Shown here piece after piece: positions 63,452-64,000 of a DNA stretch of 64,000 nucleotides. A program made the translations under genes and the position numbers. Every line of letters starts with the position of its first letter. Position 1 is the first letter of the stretch. Where the stretch lies: the IMG/VR virus record IMGVR_UViG_3300046820_000635. One strand, written 5' to 3'. The notes beneath the pieces were generated by a model. The model made no database searches, was not told where the DNA came from, and saw only the letters and a program-made list of their open reading frames with translations. The DNA comes from a virus (lineage: Duplodnaviria; Heunggongvirae; Uroviricota; Caudoviricetes).

Positions 63452-63525
63452 GTTGTTCCTAGTGTAGTGGCTGCACACCTGTCTGTGAAACAGGTAGAGA
63501 GGGTTCGATTCCCCGGTTCAACCCA
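63452..63525 (+). tRNA. tRNA-His (GUG) with encoded G-1
   Basis: CCTGT-CTGTGAA-ACAGG. 8-bp acceptor GTTGTTCC/GGTTCAAC (G-1:C73) containing two U-U mismatches. CCA encoded. Confidence 0.6.
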
Positions 63526-63536
63526 AAGGAAATATT

Positions 63537-63956
63537 ATGGAACAAATGAAAACATACAATACACTAAAAGGTTCTGTAAGAACATTTGACGAACTTTTAG
63601 GTAGAACTCTTTATAAAGTAGAACAAGACGGCGAAACATTGACTTTGTATCTTTCGAACACAAACTATGTAAGATTTTATCACAGCCAGGACTGTTGTGA
63701 ACATGTGTATATTGAAGACATCTGCGGTGATTTGCAAGACTTGGTAGGAGCACCTTTGTTAATAGCAGAGGAAGTATCTGATGAGTTGTACGAAGCAGAA
63801 CATACACCAGAATATTCAGAATCATATACGTGGACATTCTACAAGTTTGCTACACGCAAAGGCTATGTTGATGTTCGTTGGTTTGGTAGTTCAAATGGCT
63901 ATTATTCTGAAAGTGTTAGTGTCGAGTTCGTTGACACAACAGTGACAGAAGACTAG
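63537..63956 (+). CDS. hypothetical protein
   Basis: 139 aa. AAAGGA RBS directly after the tRNA array. Confidence 0.45.
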   Translation: MEQMKTYNTLKGSVRTFDELLGRTLYKVEQDGETLTLYLSNTNYVRFYHSQDCCEHVYIEDICGDLQDLVGAPLLIAEEVSDELYEAEHTPEYSESYTWTFYKFATRKGYVDVRWFGSSNGYYSESVSVEFVDTTVTED

Positions 63957-64000
63957 GATGATTATTTCAGTGGTAGAATAACTCCTCGACACGGAGTCGG

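Overview
Dense, almost entirely plus-strand coding segment (about 40% GC). Genes are small, stops and starts overlap as ATGA or TAATG, and there are many perfect TTGACA-N17-TATAAT/TATACT promoters fused to terminator hairpins. Gene content looks like a large virulent T4-like or jumbo phage: nrdA C-terminus and nrdB with a glutaredoxin, GIY-YIG/HNH homing endonucleases, 5'-deoxynucleotidase, NadM and NAMPT NAD salvage, Hsp20, a lysis cassette, and a large tRNA array at the 3' end. Many accessory modules sit on this backbone. (1) An oxidative-stress set: Fe/Mn SOD, 2-Cys peroxiredoxin, AhpD-like protein, glutaredoxin. (2) A permuted two-piece tmRNA gene with an ANDSQFALAA tag. (3) A DnaK/Hsp20/ClpS chaperone block plus a distant ClpP homologue. 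(4) A heme oxygenase plus ferredoxin-dependent bilin reductase pair. (5) A complete curli-like amyloid secretion locus: CsgF, CsgG, a curlin-repeat subunit, a FecR-like protein and a 631 aa discoidin-plus-curlin-repeat protein. (6) A CHASE2-sensor class III nucleotidyl cyclase. (7) A promoter-driven tRNA with a CUA (amber-reading) anticodon. (8) A roughly 10 kb tandem array of about 38 small paralogous genes with a conserved C-terminal F.F..E.DA..F.LRWS motif whose RW codons (AGGTGG) double as the Shine-Dalgarno of the next gene. The curli-like locus and the paralog array are the most unusual systems here. All calls rest on motif recognition by eye; no database search or structure prediction was possible.
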